Origin: Candidatus Hydrogenedentota bacterium
GTDB taxonomy: Bacteria; Hydrogenedentota; Hydrogenedentia; Hydrogenedentales; SLHB01
Length of the DNA stretch: 64,000 nucleotides
NCBI GenBank assembly: GCA_045863335.1
Contig: BTVY01000025.1
Coordinates: 947-64,946, forward strand
Direction: 5' to 3'
Positions 28,392 to 38,466 of this stretch are shown here, piece by piece (within the stretch, counting starts at the first letter, position 1; each line of letters opens with the position of its first letter). Under the pieces are notes generated by a model. The model made no database searches. It saw nothing but the letters and a program-made list of their open reading frames with translations, and was not told where the DNA came from. Made by a program: the position numbers and the translations under genes.

Positions 28392-30794
28392 GTGCGTTGT
28401 ATTCCGGGCTTTGCAGTAGGACTCATTCTGACATTAGGATCACTCGCACAGGCACAAAACCCGCCTGCCCCCCCTTTCGTCCCGCCGGACCAGAAGGTCT
28501 ATTACTACAATGGCGACATGAAGGTTGAGTTGGTAGTGGCATTGGACGAACTGGATGCCACTCCGCCCAAAGGCATTTCCACGCAAGGACTTAAATCTCT
28601 TCTTCCTGATGCGAGTCTTCGTACGGTAATGGGAGGGGAAAGCGTCCGGGTTAACTTTGGCAAGTCACCGGCAACGGTGGCTGGATTGGAATCGACCGCG
28701 CAAACTTTGCGTAGCGCGGGTTACGCAGTCCGGCCGGTGCTGTATGCGCCGGGTCAAACGGGTAATTCGGAGGCGGCCCAGGTCTTGACGCCGCAGTTCA
28801 GCATAAAGGTCGCGAGCGGTCATACCATCGAAGAAATCGCCGCTGCGCACGGTGTTACGATTGTGGAAGCGATTGATTTCAGCCCGAATACCTACGTGGT
28901 CGAGACGACAGACCCATCGCTCCTTGCGAGTTTGAATACAGCGAATGCGCTTTACGAATCGGGGGCCGCGGAATTTGCGACGCCGCTGCTGAAGCGGCAG
29001 ATGCACAAGCGCTTGATCCCCGATGACTCGTTGTTCGGCAACCAATGGCATCTACGCAACACGGCGCAGGGCGCCGCGGGCGCGGGCGCTATCGCCGGGA
29101 ACGACGTGAACATCGTGACGGCGTGGGACCAGGTGACGGGCGCGGGTGTCAACATCGCCGTGGTGGACGACGGCGTGGAAGCGACGCACTCGGACCTGGC
29201 CGCGAACGCACGAACGGACGTGGATATCGACCTGAACGGCGGCGATAACGATGCGTCTCCGGAAGGAGGCGACAGTCACGGGACCTCGGTGGCCGGTGTG
29301 GCGGCGGCGGTCGGGAAGAACGCGACGGGGGTGATCGGGGCAGGGTTTGAGGCGTCCATAATCGGCGTGCGGCTTCTGGGAGGTCCGGCGAACGATTTGC
29401 AGGAGGCCCAAGGGCTCGCCCACTTGATCAACCCAGTGTTAGAAACAGACCAGGTCTGGATCTCGAGTAACTCGTGGGGTCCGTTGGACAATGGCAGTAC
29501 GTTGGAGACGTTTGGCCCGTTGACCAAAGCGGCGATTCAGAATGGCGCCATGAACGGCCGGGGCGGCCGTGGAATCATTTATACCTGGGCGGGCGGCAAC
29601 GGCCGGCTCAACAGCGACTACGCGAACTTTGACGGCTACGCGTCGAGCCGGTATACGATCTGTGTGGGAGCATCCGGAGCGAACGGGGTGGTTTCGTTTT
29701 ACAGCGAAAGCGGCGCGTCTTTGCTGGTGAACTCGCCGTCCGGTTGGGCCAATGCCGGCATCACGACGACGACGATTGGGAATGCGTATACGTCGAGCTT
29801 CGGGGGCACCTCCTCGGCAACACCGCTGGTGTCGGGGATTGTGGCGCTTATGTTGGAGGAGAATCCGTTCCTCGGCTGGCGGGATGTGCAACATATCCTG
29901 GCGGAAACGGCGACCCAAATCGACGCTGGCAATCCGGACTGGCAAACGAACGGGGCAGGCCTGACCTTCAATCACACCTACGGATACGGACGAGTCGATG
30001 CGACGGCCGCGGTGACCGCAGCTTCGACGTGGTACAACGTGCCCGCAGAGGCGACACCGTTGACCAATGCCGAAGCAGTCGCGACTGCGATCCCGGACAA
30101 TACACCGGCGGGAGTTTCGCGCGGGCTGGCGGTTGCGGGCGCGGCGAACTTTGTGACGGAACATGTCGAGGTGGTGGCGAATGTGACGCACCCGTCGCGT
30201 GGTCAACTGAAGATCACGCTGACATCGCCGAGCGGCATGGTTTCGACTCTCGCGGCACAGCGCCCTTTTGACAGTAACGCGAATTTCAGTAGTTGGATTT
30301 TTACGTCTGTAGCCCATATGGGTGAAGACCCGAACGGTACGTGGACGCTCAACGTGTCCGACAATGGGGCCGGCAGCACCGGATCGCTGACAAGCTGGAA
30401 CATCACGGTGCATGGCTATTTGTCCACGACCGACCAAGATGGGGACGGAATACCGGACACGACGGAAGGCCTGGAAGACGGGGACGGGGATGGGTTGCAG
30501 AATTACCAGGACACGGACAGCGACGGCGACACGCTCCTGGACGCGGATGAGTACACCGCGCCGGAAGGGCTCGACCCGGATGGGGACACCATCCCGAATT
30601 TCCTGGATACCGATTCGGATGACGATGGGTTTACGGATGAGTATGAGGACCTCGTGGGGACCAATCCGTACGATGCGGGTGATGTGCCGGCGATGTCGTT
30701 GCGCGGCTGGCCGGTGGCGATGGTGGCGTTACTGTTGGCGGGTCTCATCGTGTTGCGCCGGAATCAACGTTTGGCGCCGGTGCGGGTGAGGTAG
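28392..30794 (+). CDS. secreted subtilisin/kexin-like S8 serine peptidase with P-domain, Asp-rich calcium-binding (TSP3-type) repeats and C-terminal membrane anchor
   Basis: Catalytic triad blocks VAVVDDGVE (Asp), HGTSVAGVAAA (His) and GGTSSATPLVSGIVAL (Ser). A P-domain-like region follows (GQLKITLTSPSGMVSTL). Multiple DxDxDGD repeats (DQDGDGIPD, DTDSDGD, DPDGDTIPNFLDTDSDDDG) precede a C-terminal hydrophobic helix plus RRNQR. Confidence 0.8.
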   Translation: MRCIPGFAVGLILTLGSLAQAQNPPAPPFVPPDQKVYYYNGDMKVELVVALDELDATPPKGISTQGLKSLLPDASLRTVMGGESVRVNFGKSPATVAGLESTAQTLRSAGYAVRPVLYAPGQTGNSEAAQVLTPQFSIKVASGHTIEEIAAAHGVTIVEAIDFSPNTYVVETTDPSLLASLNTANALYESGAAEFATPLLKRQMHKRLIPDDSLFGNQWHLRNTAQGAAGAGAIAGNDVNIVTAWDQVTGAGVNIAVVDDGVEATHSDLAANARTDVDIDLNGGDNDASPEGGDSHGTSVAGVAAAVGKNATGVIGAGFEASIIGVRLLGGPANDLQEAQGLAHLINPVLETDQVWISSNSWGPLDNGSTLETFGPLTKAAIQNGAMNGRGGRGIIYTWAGGNGRLNSDYANFDGYASSRYTICVGASGANGVVSFYSESGASLLVNSPSGWANAGITTTTIGNAYTSSFGGTSSATPLVSGIVALMLEENPFLGWRDVQHILAETATQIDAGNPDWQTNGAGLTFNHTYGYGRVDATAAVTAASTWYNVPAEATPLTNAEAVATAIPDNTPAGVSRGLAVAGAANFVTEHVEVVANVTHPSRGQLKITLTSPSGMVSTLAAQRPFDSNANFSSWIFTSVAHMGEDPNGTWTLNVSDNGAGSTGSLTSWNITVHGYLSTTDQDGDGIPDTTEGLEDGDGDGLQNYQDTDSDGDTLLDADEYTAPEGLDPDGDTIPNFLDTDSDDDGFTDEYEDLVGTNPYDAGDVPAMSLRGWPVAMVALLLAGLIVLRRNQRLAPVRVR

Positions 30795-31159
30795 CGGTAA
30801 AGAGGTGGTCCCGCCCCTTCAGACATTTCTCTGGAAGGTGACTTTTTCCAGGGGCTTCGCCCCTGGCTAGGGTTGCGTCACACCGTTGGTGTGAAGAGAA
30901 ACCGTCGTTTGTGGCGTACGTTGCGGGCTCACCACGCCCGCGTGGATTGGGACCGCGTTTGTATACTTTTCCAACTCACTTTATGGAGTGCGGGGTATCG
31001 AGACAGCTTTGACCGGGCGGGCGTGCCTGCGGCCGTGCGCCAGGCAGAGATTCGGTCTGCTTCTTAGGTTTATCAGAACGGTCTAAACCTAAGCGGCCAC
31101 GCCGCGGCGTGGCCGCACTCAATAGGTGCCATTTCTGGTTGCCGTTACACGGTCTCCCT

Positions 31160-32842
31160 CTATTTCTCCTCGGCCCGTTTCACGGGGGGTGGCGGCGGCG
31201 GGGTGGCGGCGGTGGCTTTGGCTTGGGCTCCGTCGCCGGTGGGTTTGCCGTTGCCTTCGGTGGCTTCGGTGGTGAGTTTGATGAGGGATTCGGGGAGTTC
31301 GACGCCGCCGATGTCGCGCATGACCTGGAGCATGGGCGGTAGAGTGCGGGCCATGCCCTGGATGAAGTTGGCCGTGTTGCTGCCGTTCTGGCCGCCCCCT
31401 TCCCAGACGATGACTTTGTCGAACTTGATGTTGGAGATGGCGGTGGCCGCTGTCTCGGCGAGGTTGTCGAGATGCTCGAGCATGAGCATCTGGAAGGCTT
31501 CGTGACTGCCGCCGCAGGATTCGACGATGCGCTTGAGTCCTTCTCCCTTCTTGGCGAGGATCTCATATTGGCCGCGGGCCTCGGCGTCGAGTTTGGCGAA
31601 GATGGCTTTGGCTTCACCTTCGGCCTCGATGCGGCGTTTCTCGGCTTCGGCCTCGGCCTCGACGATGGTCTGCGCCTTCTGCGCCTTGGCGGGGGCTTCT
31701 AGTTCGGCGCGACGCTGGGCTTCGACCAGTTCGGCCTCGGCGAGCGCGGCCTTGGCCATGGCCTTGTTTTGCGCTTCGAGCACGGCGGCCTCGGCTTCGC
31801 GGCGCTTGGTCTCACCGATCTGGTAGGCCTCGGCGCGCTTCACTTGCAACTCGGCTTCGGATGCGGCGATGGCGGCCTGGGACAGGTTTTCGCCCGTTAC
31901 GGCCTCGGCTTCGGCTTGGGCGACCGAGACGCGGCGGTTGCGTTCCGATTCCTTTTCGCCGCGGATGGCGAGGGCTTCGGCCTCGGCCACGTTGGTACGC
32001 TTTTCACGTTCCGCGTTCTTGACCTGCACTTCCCGCTCGAAGGCGGCCTGCTGCTCGCCGACCTGTTGCTCTTTGTTCAATTCGGCGACGCGGACGGCCT
32101 GTTCGCGCTGGGCTTCGCGGATACCGATGTTGCGCTGTTTCGTGGCGCTGGCGACCTGGATCTCCTTGTCGCGTTCGGCCATGGCGACGCGGATTTCACC
32201 CTGCTTGACCTCGTCGGCCACGTCACCTCGGGCCTGCTGGACGGCCTGGGACGCGGCCTTCTGTCCGATGGCTTCGATGTAGCCGGACTCGTCAGTGATG
32301 TCGGTGATGTTCACGTTGATGAGCACAAGACCGATCTTGCGGAGTTCCGGTTCGAGGGAGTTCTGCACGGCGTGCAGGAACTTCTCGCGGTCGCGATTGA
32401 TCTCTTCAATACTCATAGATGCGATCACCTGGCGCAATTGTCCGAAGATGATGTCTTCGGCCTGCTTCTTGATCTGCACCGTATTGAGGCCGAGGAGTCG
32501 GATGGCCGCATTTTGCATGAACTCGCGCTGCGTGCCGATGGCGACGGTGAAGACGCTGGGCACGTTGACGCGGATGTTCTCGACGGAGAGGGCGTCCTTG
32601 AGCGGTACTTCAATCTGTATGGGTTCCAGGCTCAGGTACGCGTGTTCCTGGAACAAGGGCCAGACAAAGGCCGCGCCGCCATGAATACATTTCGCGGAGT
32701 CGCCGGTGCGGACTTTACCGTAGATAACGAGGACGCGGTTGCTGGGGCAGCGTTTGTAGCGGCTGGCGATGAGCAGAATCAGGCTCATGAACCCGATACC
32801 GACCACGAGTACTGTTGCAATGAGAATCAGTGGGAGTTCCAT
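31160..32842 (-). CDS. flotillin family (SPFH/band-7) protein, YqiK-like
   Basis: An N-terminal transmembrane helix, an SPFH domain, a long EA-rich coiled coil and a C-terminal poly-Pro tail (TPPPPPPV). 560 aa. Confidence 0.85.
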   Translation of the reverse strand: MELPLILIATVLVVGIGFMSLILLIASRYKRCPSNRVLVIYGKVRTGDSAKCIHGGAAFVWPLFQEHAYLSLEPIQIEVPLKDALSVENIRVNVPSVFTVAIGTQREFMQNAAIRLLGLNTVQIKKQAEDIIFGQLRQVIASMSIEEINRDREKFLHAVQNSLEPELRKIGLVLINVNITDITDESGYIEAIGQKAASQAVQQARGDVADEVKQGEIRVAMAERDKEIQVASATKQRNIGIREAQREQAVRVAELNKEQQVGEQQAAFEREVQVKNAEREKRTNVAEAEALAIRGEKESERNRRVSVAQAEAEAVTGENLSQAAIAASEAELQVKRAEAYQIGETKRREAEAAVLEAQNKAMAKAALAEAELVEAQRRAELEAPAKAQKAQTIVEAEAEAEKRRIEAEGEAKAIFAKLDAEARGQYEILAKKGEGLKRIVESCGGSHEAFQMLMLEHLDNLAETAATAISNIKFDKVIVWEGGGQNGSNTANFIQGMARTLPPMLQVMRDIGGVELPESLIKLTTEATEGNGKPTGDGAQAKATAATPPPPPPVKRAEEK

Positions 32843-32844
32843 GG

Positions 32845-33486
32845 CTAGTTCCCTTCAATGCTTTCGACGGGTTCCACCTGCAAGGTATTGGAGTCAATAA
32901 TATCCACAACGACGACGGGCGTCCCGGTTGCGAGGGGCCCGCGTTTACTGCGCGCGTCATATTCCATGGTGCGGTCCTGCACGTTGACAAGCACCTTGCC
33001 CATACCGCTGTTCTCTTCGGGAATCGCGAGGTATACGGTGCCGTGACTGCCGAGGGCGCACTCGATGTAGACGTTGCCTTCGGAGCGGAGATTCGATAGC
33101 GCGCGCATGATCCACGCGACGATGTACATGGCGATGAGACCGGCGACGACGGCGATGGAGAGGCTCAGGATCGCGGAGAGACCGACACTGATCCCTCCCA
33201 AACCGCCGAGCCCGAAGAATGCGCAGGCGGCCGTCAACGCGCGAACGCTGAGCATGCGCAGGAACGGCGAACTGGCTTCGTGGGCGTGGCCATGACCGTG
33301 GGCGTCCAAATCGTGATCGCCGGACACGTCAATCGCGTCGCCTCCGGCGTCGGCGTGGCCCACATCGAGGTCTGCGTGTCCAACATCGAAGTCGTGGCCG
33401 AAGTCGAAACCGATGAGGGTCATGATGAATTGAATGACGAGAACCGTGGTCCCTGCCGCAAAGCAGACCAGATAGACGGTTTCCAT
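32845..33486 (-). CDS. YqiJ/NfeD-like membrane protein (flotillin-associated)
   Basis: Lies 2 bp upstream of the flotillin gene. It has transmembrane segments, a His/Asp-rich loop and a C-terminal NfeD-like OB-fold (GKVLVNVQDRTMEYDARS...VVVVDI). Confidence 0.65.
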   Translation of the reverse strand: METVYLVCFAAGTTVLVIQFIMTLIGFDFGHDFDVGHADLDVGHADAGGDAIDVSGDHDLDAHGHGHAHEASSPFLRMLSVRALTAACAFFGLGGLGGISVGLSAILSLSIAVVAGLIAMYIVAWIMRALSNLRSEGNVYIECALGSHGTVYLAIPEENSGMGKVLVNVQDRTMEYDARSKRGPLATGTPVVVVDIIDSNTLQVEPVESIEGN

Positions 33487-33726
33487 ACCGCAACCCCGCT
33501 TTCCCGAGGCAACCCGAGCCCCCGGATGTGCCGCCCGCAGCGGCGGCTTGTCGCAAGCATATGCACCTATGGCAAGGATAGTGTAAGCATACGGTGGCTG
33601 TCAATCGGGAGGACATGCCGATTTGCGGCACTTCCCGACAATCCTGTCATGACAACAAGTATGCGCATTGCTCGTTTTGTGGGCTTCCTGAAGGCAGGGC
33701 AAGTCGTCGGCGCGACCGGGGATGCA

Positions 33727-33848
33727 GGCTGGAAGCCTGCACCACAATGGGCGGCAGGGAAACCTGCACAATGCCCGGCAGGGAAACCTGCACAATGCCC
33801 GGCAGGGAAACCTGCACAAGTAGCAGGGAAGCCTGCACAAGGCGCGGG
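33727..33848. repeat. 24-bp tandem repeat (GGCAGGGAAACCTGCACAATGCCC), about 5 units
   Basis: Three near-perfect units lie at 33753-33824, flanked by degenerate units. Each unit contains the mini-palindrome GCAGG-GAAA-CCTGC. Confidence 0.85.
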
Positions 33849-33886
33849 AGCCATGGTTCATTGAAGTTCGTTATAGCGCTCTCCGG

Positions 33887-34710
33887 TCAGCAGAACTGTT
33901 CGAGGAACCAGGCGCCGCGCATGAAGCCTTCTTCGCGGGTCTGGGTTTCGTCTTCGTGTTCGATGCTCATGACGCCGTCGTAGCCGTTGGCGCGGAGGTG
34001 GCTGACGTATTCGCCCCAGTTGATGTTGCCGAAACCGGGGATGACGTAGCGCCACCAGCCTTTGCCGTAGACGCCGACGCGGGCGCGTTTGGCCTTGTCG
34101 ACGAGGGTGTCTTTGGCGTGGGTGTGGAAGATGCGTTCCTTGAACTGCGTCACAGGAATGAGATGATCGCATTCCTGGTGGTAGAGGTGGGATGGGTCGT
34201 AGTTGAGGCCGAAGTTCTTGTCCGGGATCGCCGCGAACATGGCTTCAAAGGTGTCGAGTCCCTGCAGGCAGGTTTCGAAATAGTTCTCCAGCGCGATGTT
34301 GACCTTCTTCTTGCGCGCGTGGGCGAGGATGGGTTTGAAGACTTTGGGCAGCACCTTCCGGATGGTGTCGGTCTTGGTCATGCCTTCGGCTGGGAAGCCC
34401 GCGAGGGTGCAGACGGTGTCAACGCCCAAGAGGGCGGCCGCGTCGATGACTTTGATGGTATGCGCCTGCACTGTCTTCGTGAGCTTCGGCTTGGTGATGT
34501 CGACGGTGTAGTACGCGAGACTGGTGATTTCCAGTCCGCGTTCGGCGAGGGCTTGGTTGATCTTGGCGGCCTTGGCCGCAGTCAGTTTCGCAGCATCGAA
34601 ATGGGCGCAGCCGGGATGGGCGGCGATTTCCAGACAGGGAATCCCCGCGTCTTCGGCGAAGTCGAGGACGGGTTCCAGTTTTTCTTTCGCGAAGGGGACG
34701 GTCAGCATAC
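33887..34710 (-). CDS. sugar phosphate isomerase/epimerase (xylose isomerase-like TIM barrel)
   Basis: MKVGMLTVPFAK...LEIAAHPG start and the conserved C-terminal HAKD / IEHED-type motifs (FHTHAKD, MSIEHEDE). AAGGAAAA ribosome-binding site before the ATG at 34710. Confidence 0.75.
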
Positions 34711-34792
34711 CCACTTTCATTTCGGTTTTCCTTTTTGTTTCGTTCAAGCGAGGGCAAGCCCTCGCACTCCATATGGTGCTCGAACGCGTGTT

Positions 34793-35764
34793 CTAGCTGG
34801 ACACCGCCGGTACGGGTTCCATTCGCAGTAGGACCTTCATGACGTCGCGCGCCGTGGCGCGGTTTAATGCGTCGATGCCATCGCCGATATCGTAGGTTTC
34901 GGTGACCATGGATTTAACTTCCACGTTGCCCAGGGCGAGCGCTTCCAGGGCGGGGCGGAAAGGCCCGCAGCGCGACCCGATCACTTTCACTTCGTTGATG
35001 ACGGGGAGACTCATGTCGAGCGACGAAGCGCCGGCGACGGTGGTTTTCAGCACGATAGTCCCTTCGGGGCGGACCAGTTCCAGGGCGCGGGCGAATCCTT
35101 CGGAAGAACCGGTGGCTTCGACGACGATGTCGGCGCCGGGTTCGACGGGCTCGTCCTTATGCGCGGTGCGAATGTGCAGGCGGTTGAGCAGATCGAGTTT
35201 CCACGCGGTGCGCCCGACACAGACGAGTTTCTTGGTGCGTAGCCACAAGACCTGTGCGACAAGTTGGCCCAGCTTACCCGCGCCAAGCACGACGACGCGG
35301 TCGTTTGCCGAAATCTCAATCTGCTCGGTGATGCGGAATGCGGCGGCGGTGGGCTCCGTGAAGACGGCGACCTCATCCGGCATCCCCTCGGGAACAAGGT
35401 AGAGGTTTTCCTCCGGGATCGTAAGGTATTCCGCAAAAGCGCCGTTCCGGTTCAGGATGCCGAGTACGCTGCGGTTGAGGCAGTGGTGGGGCATGTCGAG
35501 CTTGCAGTAGTGGCAGGCATGGCAGACGCAATTGATCTCGCCCACGACGCGGCGGCCGAGAAGATGCTCGTTCTCACAGGCTTCAACCACGCCGACGAAC
35601 TCGTGTCCGGGTACTCCGCGGAAGCCCATGTAACCGTGCAAGATTTCGAGGTCGGTGTTGCACACACCCGCGACGAGAACTCGCACAAGCGCCTCGCCCG
35701 GGCCCGGCTCCGGCTTTGACAAGTCCGCGACCGCGATTTCTTCGTCGAAAACCAATGCGCGCAT
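34793..35764 (-). CDS. zinc-dependent medium-chain alcohol/polyol dehydrogenase
   Basis: GHEFVGVV and the C-x2-C-x2-C-x7-C structural-zinc motif (CVCHACHYCKLDMPHHC). Rossmann motif GAGKLG. Confidence 0.8.
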   Translation of the reverse strand: MRALVFDEEIAVADLSKPEPGPGEALVRVLVAGVCNTDLEILHGYMGFRGVPGHEFVGVVEACENEHLLGRRVVGEINCVCHACHYCKLDMPHHCLNRSVLGILNRNGAFAEYLTIPEENLYLVPEGMPDEVAVFTEPTAAAFRITEQIEISANDRVVVLGAGKLGQLVAQVLWLRTKKLVCVGRTAWKLDLLNRLHIRTAHKDEPVEPGADIVVEATGSSEGFARALELVRPEGTIVLKTTVAGASSLDMSLPVINEVKVIGSRCGPFRPALEALALGNVEVKSMVTETYDIGDGIDALNRATARDVMKVLLRMEPVPAVSS

Positions 35765-35782
35765 GAGTACCTCCTGACGAAC

Positions 35783-37321
35783 TCAGTTGAAAATCAGGCT
35801 ACCTTCCGCCTCCTCGAACCGGCCCGCGGAATAGGCCCACACCGACCGCTCGTCGCGCACATTGCGGCGGGTGCGAATACAGTCGAGGGTCCAATCCACG
35901 CCGGTTTTCGGCACCACATCAAAATCGGTGAACGGAATAGCGAACTCCGCGGCCCAGCCGTTTGGATACGTTCTCGAAACCACGCGCCAGTCGCCGTTCC
36001 AGCCGGTGTCGTCGCCGCGGGCATCGGTTTGCGCGCCGGATGGATTCGTGGCGAACCGATAGACGGGCTTGCCGGGCGGACCGATGACCAGTTCGAAAGA
36101 CTCCTCGGACGCGAGCGGTGCGTCGCGGGCGGTCATGTTGGAAACCATGGTGTCCATGCGCGCCTCGCGGGCGTATACACCGACGAACAAGGTGTCCTGC
36201 GTGCGGCACAGCCGGACCGTCGTCTGCGATTCCGCGAAGGCGTCGCTGTCGGGGCTGATGAAGCCTTCAATCTGCGCGGTCCTCGGCCAGCCCGCTTCCT
36301 TGAACGAGGCATCCAATTCGGGAGCTTCGTGGACCGTGGGGCAGATGGCCGCGGCCGGTTCCTTCAAGGCGAAGACGCGCACGTTGCGGAGCACGGCCGT
36401 GGTGTTGGCGGATTCTACCGTCAATCGCAGGTATCGCGCGCTTTGGGGCGTCTGGAGAATGGCGGGGCCGCGCACGCCGCTGACGCCGGAAAAGACGTTG
36501 CCAGGAACGGGTTCGATGAGCGGCTCCTCGTCCCCCATTTCCGCGGAAAACTGTTTTGACGCGACCGTGTCGAAATCGATGCGGTAAACCGGACCCGGAC
36601 AATAGAGGAAATCGAAGTTGGCTTGCGTTCGCCCGGCGGAATCGGTGAACTCCGGCGTGGCGAGGACTTCGAAAAGACCGAAGCCGCGGGGTACGTTCAT
36701 GTCGCGGTAGGGCAAAAGCGAGATCCCGAAGAGGATCCCCGAGGGCGGGAAAAGTCCCTGTTGCTCGATGGTCGCGATGATCTGATCCCGGCGTTCGGGT
36801 TCGTAGGACGGGTCCAATTCGGCATGTTCGCGGACGAGATCGACCATGTCTTTCATTACGGAGCGCCCGCCATCATCGGTGAACTTGGATTCGAGTTCGA
36901 CCCATCGTGCGAGGTTATGGAAGTAAGCGTCGACGACTTCCGTTTCGACTTCATGTTTGGGGAGCGTCTTGCGAAAGCGTTTCAGCCAATCAGCGAACTG
37001 TTCATACGCGTCTTCCGGCCTGACGCCCGACAGTATTTGCCGGTTCAATTGGGTGGCCACGGCCGAGAGGACCTGATCGTGGGTCGGATTGGACAGGGAT
37101 GAATGGAAGTAGCCGTTGAGTCCAGCTGGCCACGCGGAAGACGGCGCGCCTTCACGACCCTTCCTGGGCGGTGGCAGCGGCGCCGGGTCGGGCTCTGACG
37201 GGCCCGCGTTGAAGAGGCTTCCCCGGTTTTGCGCAAGCCTCAGAGTTCCCTCCTGTCCGGCGGAAGGTAGAGAAACGAGCAGCGCCAAGGCAGATACGAA
37301 TGCGACGGCAAGTATCGGCAT
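35783..37321 (-). CDS. secreted hypothetical protein, C-terminal CBM9-like/DOMON-like carbohydrate-binding domain (tentative)
   Basis: Signal peptide. The C-terminal block NPSGAQTDARGDDTGWNGDWRVVSRTYPNGWAAEFAIPFTDFD resembles CBM9-type modules. No catalytic motif is recognised. Confidence 0.4.
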   Translation of the reverse strand: MPILAVAFVSALALLVSLPSAGQEGTLRLAQNRGSLFNAGPSEPDPAPLPPPRKGREGAPSSAWPAGLNGYFHSSLSNPTHDQVLSAVATQLNRQILSGVRPEDAYEQFADWLKRFRKTLPKHEVETEVVDAYFHNLARWVELESKFTDDGGRSVMKDMVDLVREHAELDPSYEPERRDQIIATIEQQGLFPPSGILFGISLLPYRDMNVPRGFGLFEVLATPEFTDSAGRTQANFDFLYCPGPVYRIDFDTVASKQFSAEMGDEEPLIEPVPGNVFSGVSGVRGPAILQTPQSARYLRLTVESANTTAVLRNVRVFALKEPAAAICPTVHEAPELDASFKEAGWPRTAQIEGFISPDSDAFAESQTTVRLCRTQDTLFVGVYAREARMDTMVSNMTARDAPLASEESFELVIGPPGKPVYRFATNPSGAQTDARGDDTGWNGDWRVVSRTYPNGWAAEFAIPFTDFDVVPKTGVDWTLDCIRTRRNVRDERSVWAYSAGRFEEAEGSLIFN

Positions 37322-37422
37322 GAAAGCTCCTTCGGAATGCGGTGCACCGGAATGCCGTGCGGAAAATCGCGAGAAGGGGCCGCCGCACAGTCGCGACGGC
37401 CCCAGAATCAGATTCTAGGGGA

Positions 37423-38385
37423 TTAGGCCCAGGTGATGGCCGTGGTCTTCTCGAACATGATGGACTGCTTCAGCATGGCGACGGCTTTCGTGAGGCCTTC
37501 CATGCGCGACATGAGCGAGTCTTCGTGCTCGATGGAAATGGCACCATCGTAGCCGACCATGCGCAGGGTGGAAACGAATTCGTTCCACCAGCTCTGCGGA
37601 TGGCCATAACCGCAGGTGCGGAAGAGCCAGCTCCGGTTAATCTCGTCGCCATAGTGTTTGACGTCGAGCACGCCGTTGACCCGCGCGTTCTCCTCGTACA
37701 CCTTCGAATCCTTGGCGTGGACGTGGAAGATGGCCTTACCCAAGGCGCGGACGGCTTCGATGGGCTCGATCCCCTGCCAGAAAAAGTGGCTGGGATCGAA
37801 GTTCGCGCCGAGGTTGTTGCCGCAAGCTTTGCGCAGCTTCAACACGGTCTCCGGGTTGTACACGACAAAACCGGGGTGCGCTTCGAACGCCACCTTTACA
37901 CCGTTGTCCTCAGCGAACTTGGCCTGCTTCTTCCAGTACGGGATCACCTTTTTTTCCCACTGCCACTCCAGCGCTTCGAGGTAGTCCGGCGGCCAGGGGC
38001 AGGTCACCCAACTGGGCCGGGTGGCTTTTTCGTCCGAGCCGGGGCATCCGGAAAAGTCGTTGACCACCTTTACGCCGAGGAGTCCGGCGAGCTTGATCGT
38101 GTTGCTCTGCGTTTCGGCGTGTTTCTTCCCGATGGCGGGATTCGGATGCAGGCAGTTTCCGTGACAGCTCAGGGCGCTGATCTCGAGGCCTTCGCCCTTG
38201 AGCATGGCCTTCAGTTCTTCCCGCTTGGGTTTCGACGCGAGCAACTCTTTCAAATTGCAGTGCGCGTCGCCGGGGTAGTTGCCGGCGCCGAGTTCGACGG
38301 TCTGCACCTGCAAAGGACGAATGATATCCAAGACCTCTTTCAAGGACTTGTCGCTGAACATGACCGTTAACAGACCCAGTTTCAT
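37423..38385 (-). CDS. sugar phosphate isomerase/epimerase (xylose isomerase-like TIM barrel)
   Basis: MKLGLLTVMF...VELGAGNYPG; paralogous to 33887..34710. GGGAGGAGAG ribosome-binding site. Confidence 0.75.
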   Translation of the reverse strand: MKLGLLTVMFSDKSLKEVLDIIRPLQVQTVELGAGNYPGDAHCNLKELLASKPKREELKAMLKGEGLEISALSCHGNCLHPNPAIGKKHAETQSNTIKLAGLLGVKVVNDFSGCPGSDEKATRPSWVTCPWPPDYLEALEWQWEKKVIPYWKKQAKFAEDNGVKVAFEAHPGFVVYNPETVLKLRKACGNNLGANFDPSHFFWQGIEPIEAVRALGKAIFHVHAKDSKVYEENARVNGVLDVKHYGDEINRSWLFRTCGYGHPQSWWNEFVSTLRMVGYDGAISIEHEDSLMSRMEGLTKAVAMLKQSIMFEKTTAITWA

Positions 38386-38466
38386 TGTGGCTCTCCTCCC
38401 TTTGTTTGACCACGGGGACACGGGGAACACATACTTCCAATCCCCGCGTCATCGAGGGTTATCTTC

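Noticed and set aside
30855-30885. UUCG-tetraloop hairpin CCAGGGGC-TTCG-GCCCCTGG as an intrinsic terminator for the protease gene
   Set aside because: The T-run precedes the stem on the plus strand instead of following it. On the minus strand it is followed by an A-run. Neither orientation gives a canonical hairpin plus U-tract, so it is not called.
33727-33848. Possible CRISPR array (regular 24-bp repeats)
   Set aside because: The units are directly tandem with no unique spacers. No cas genes are present, and the repeat length and structure are not CRISPR-like.
33594-33983. 129-aa ORF with repeating GRETCTMP peptide
   Set aside because: It is a straight translation of the 24-bp tandem DNA repeat in an intergenic region. 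It has no start context or ribosome-binding site, so it is an artefact.
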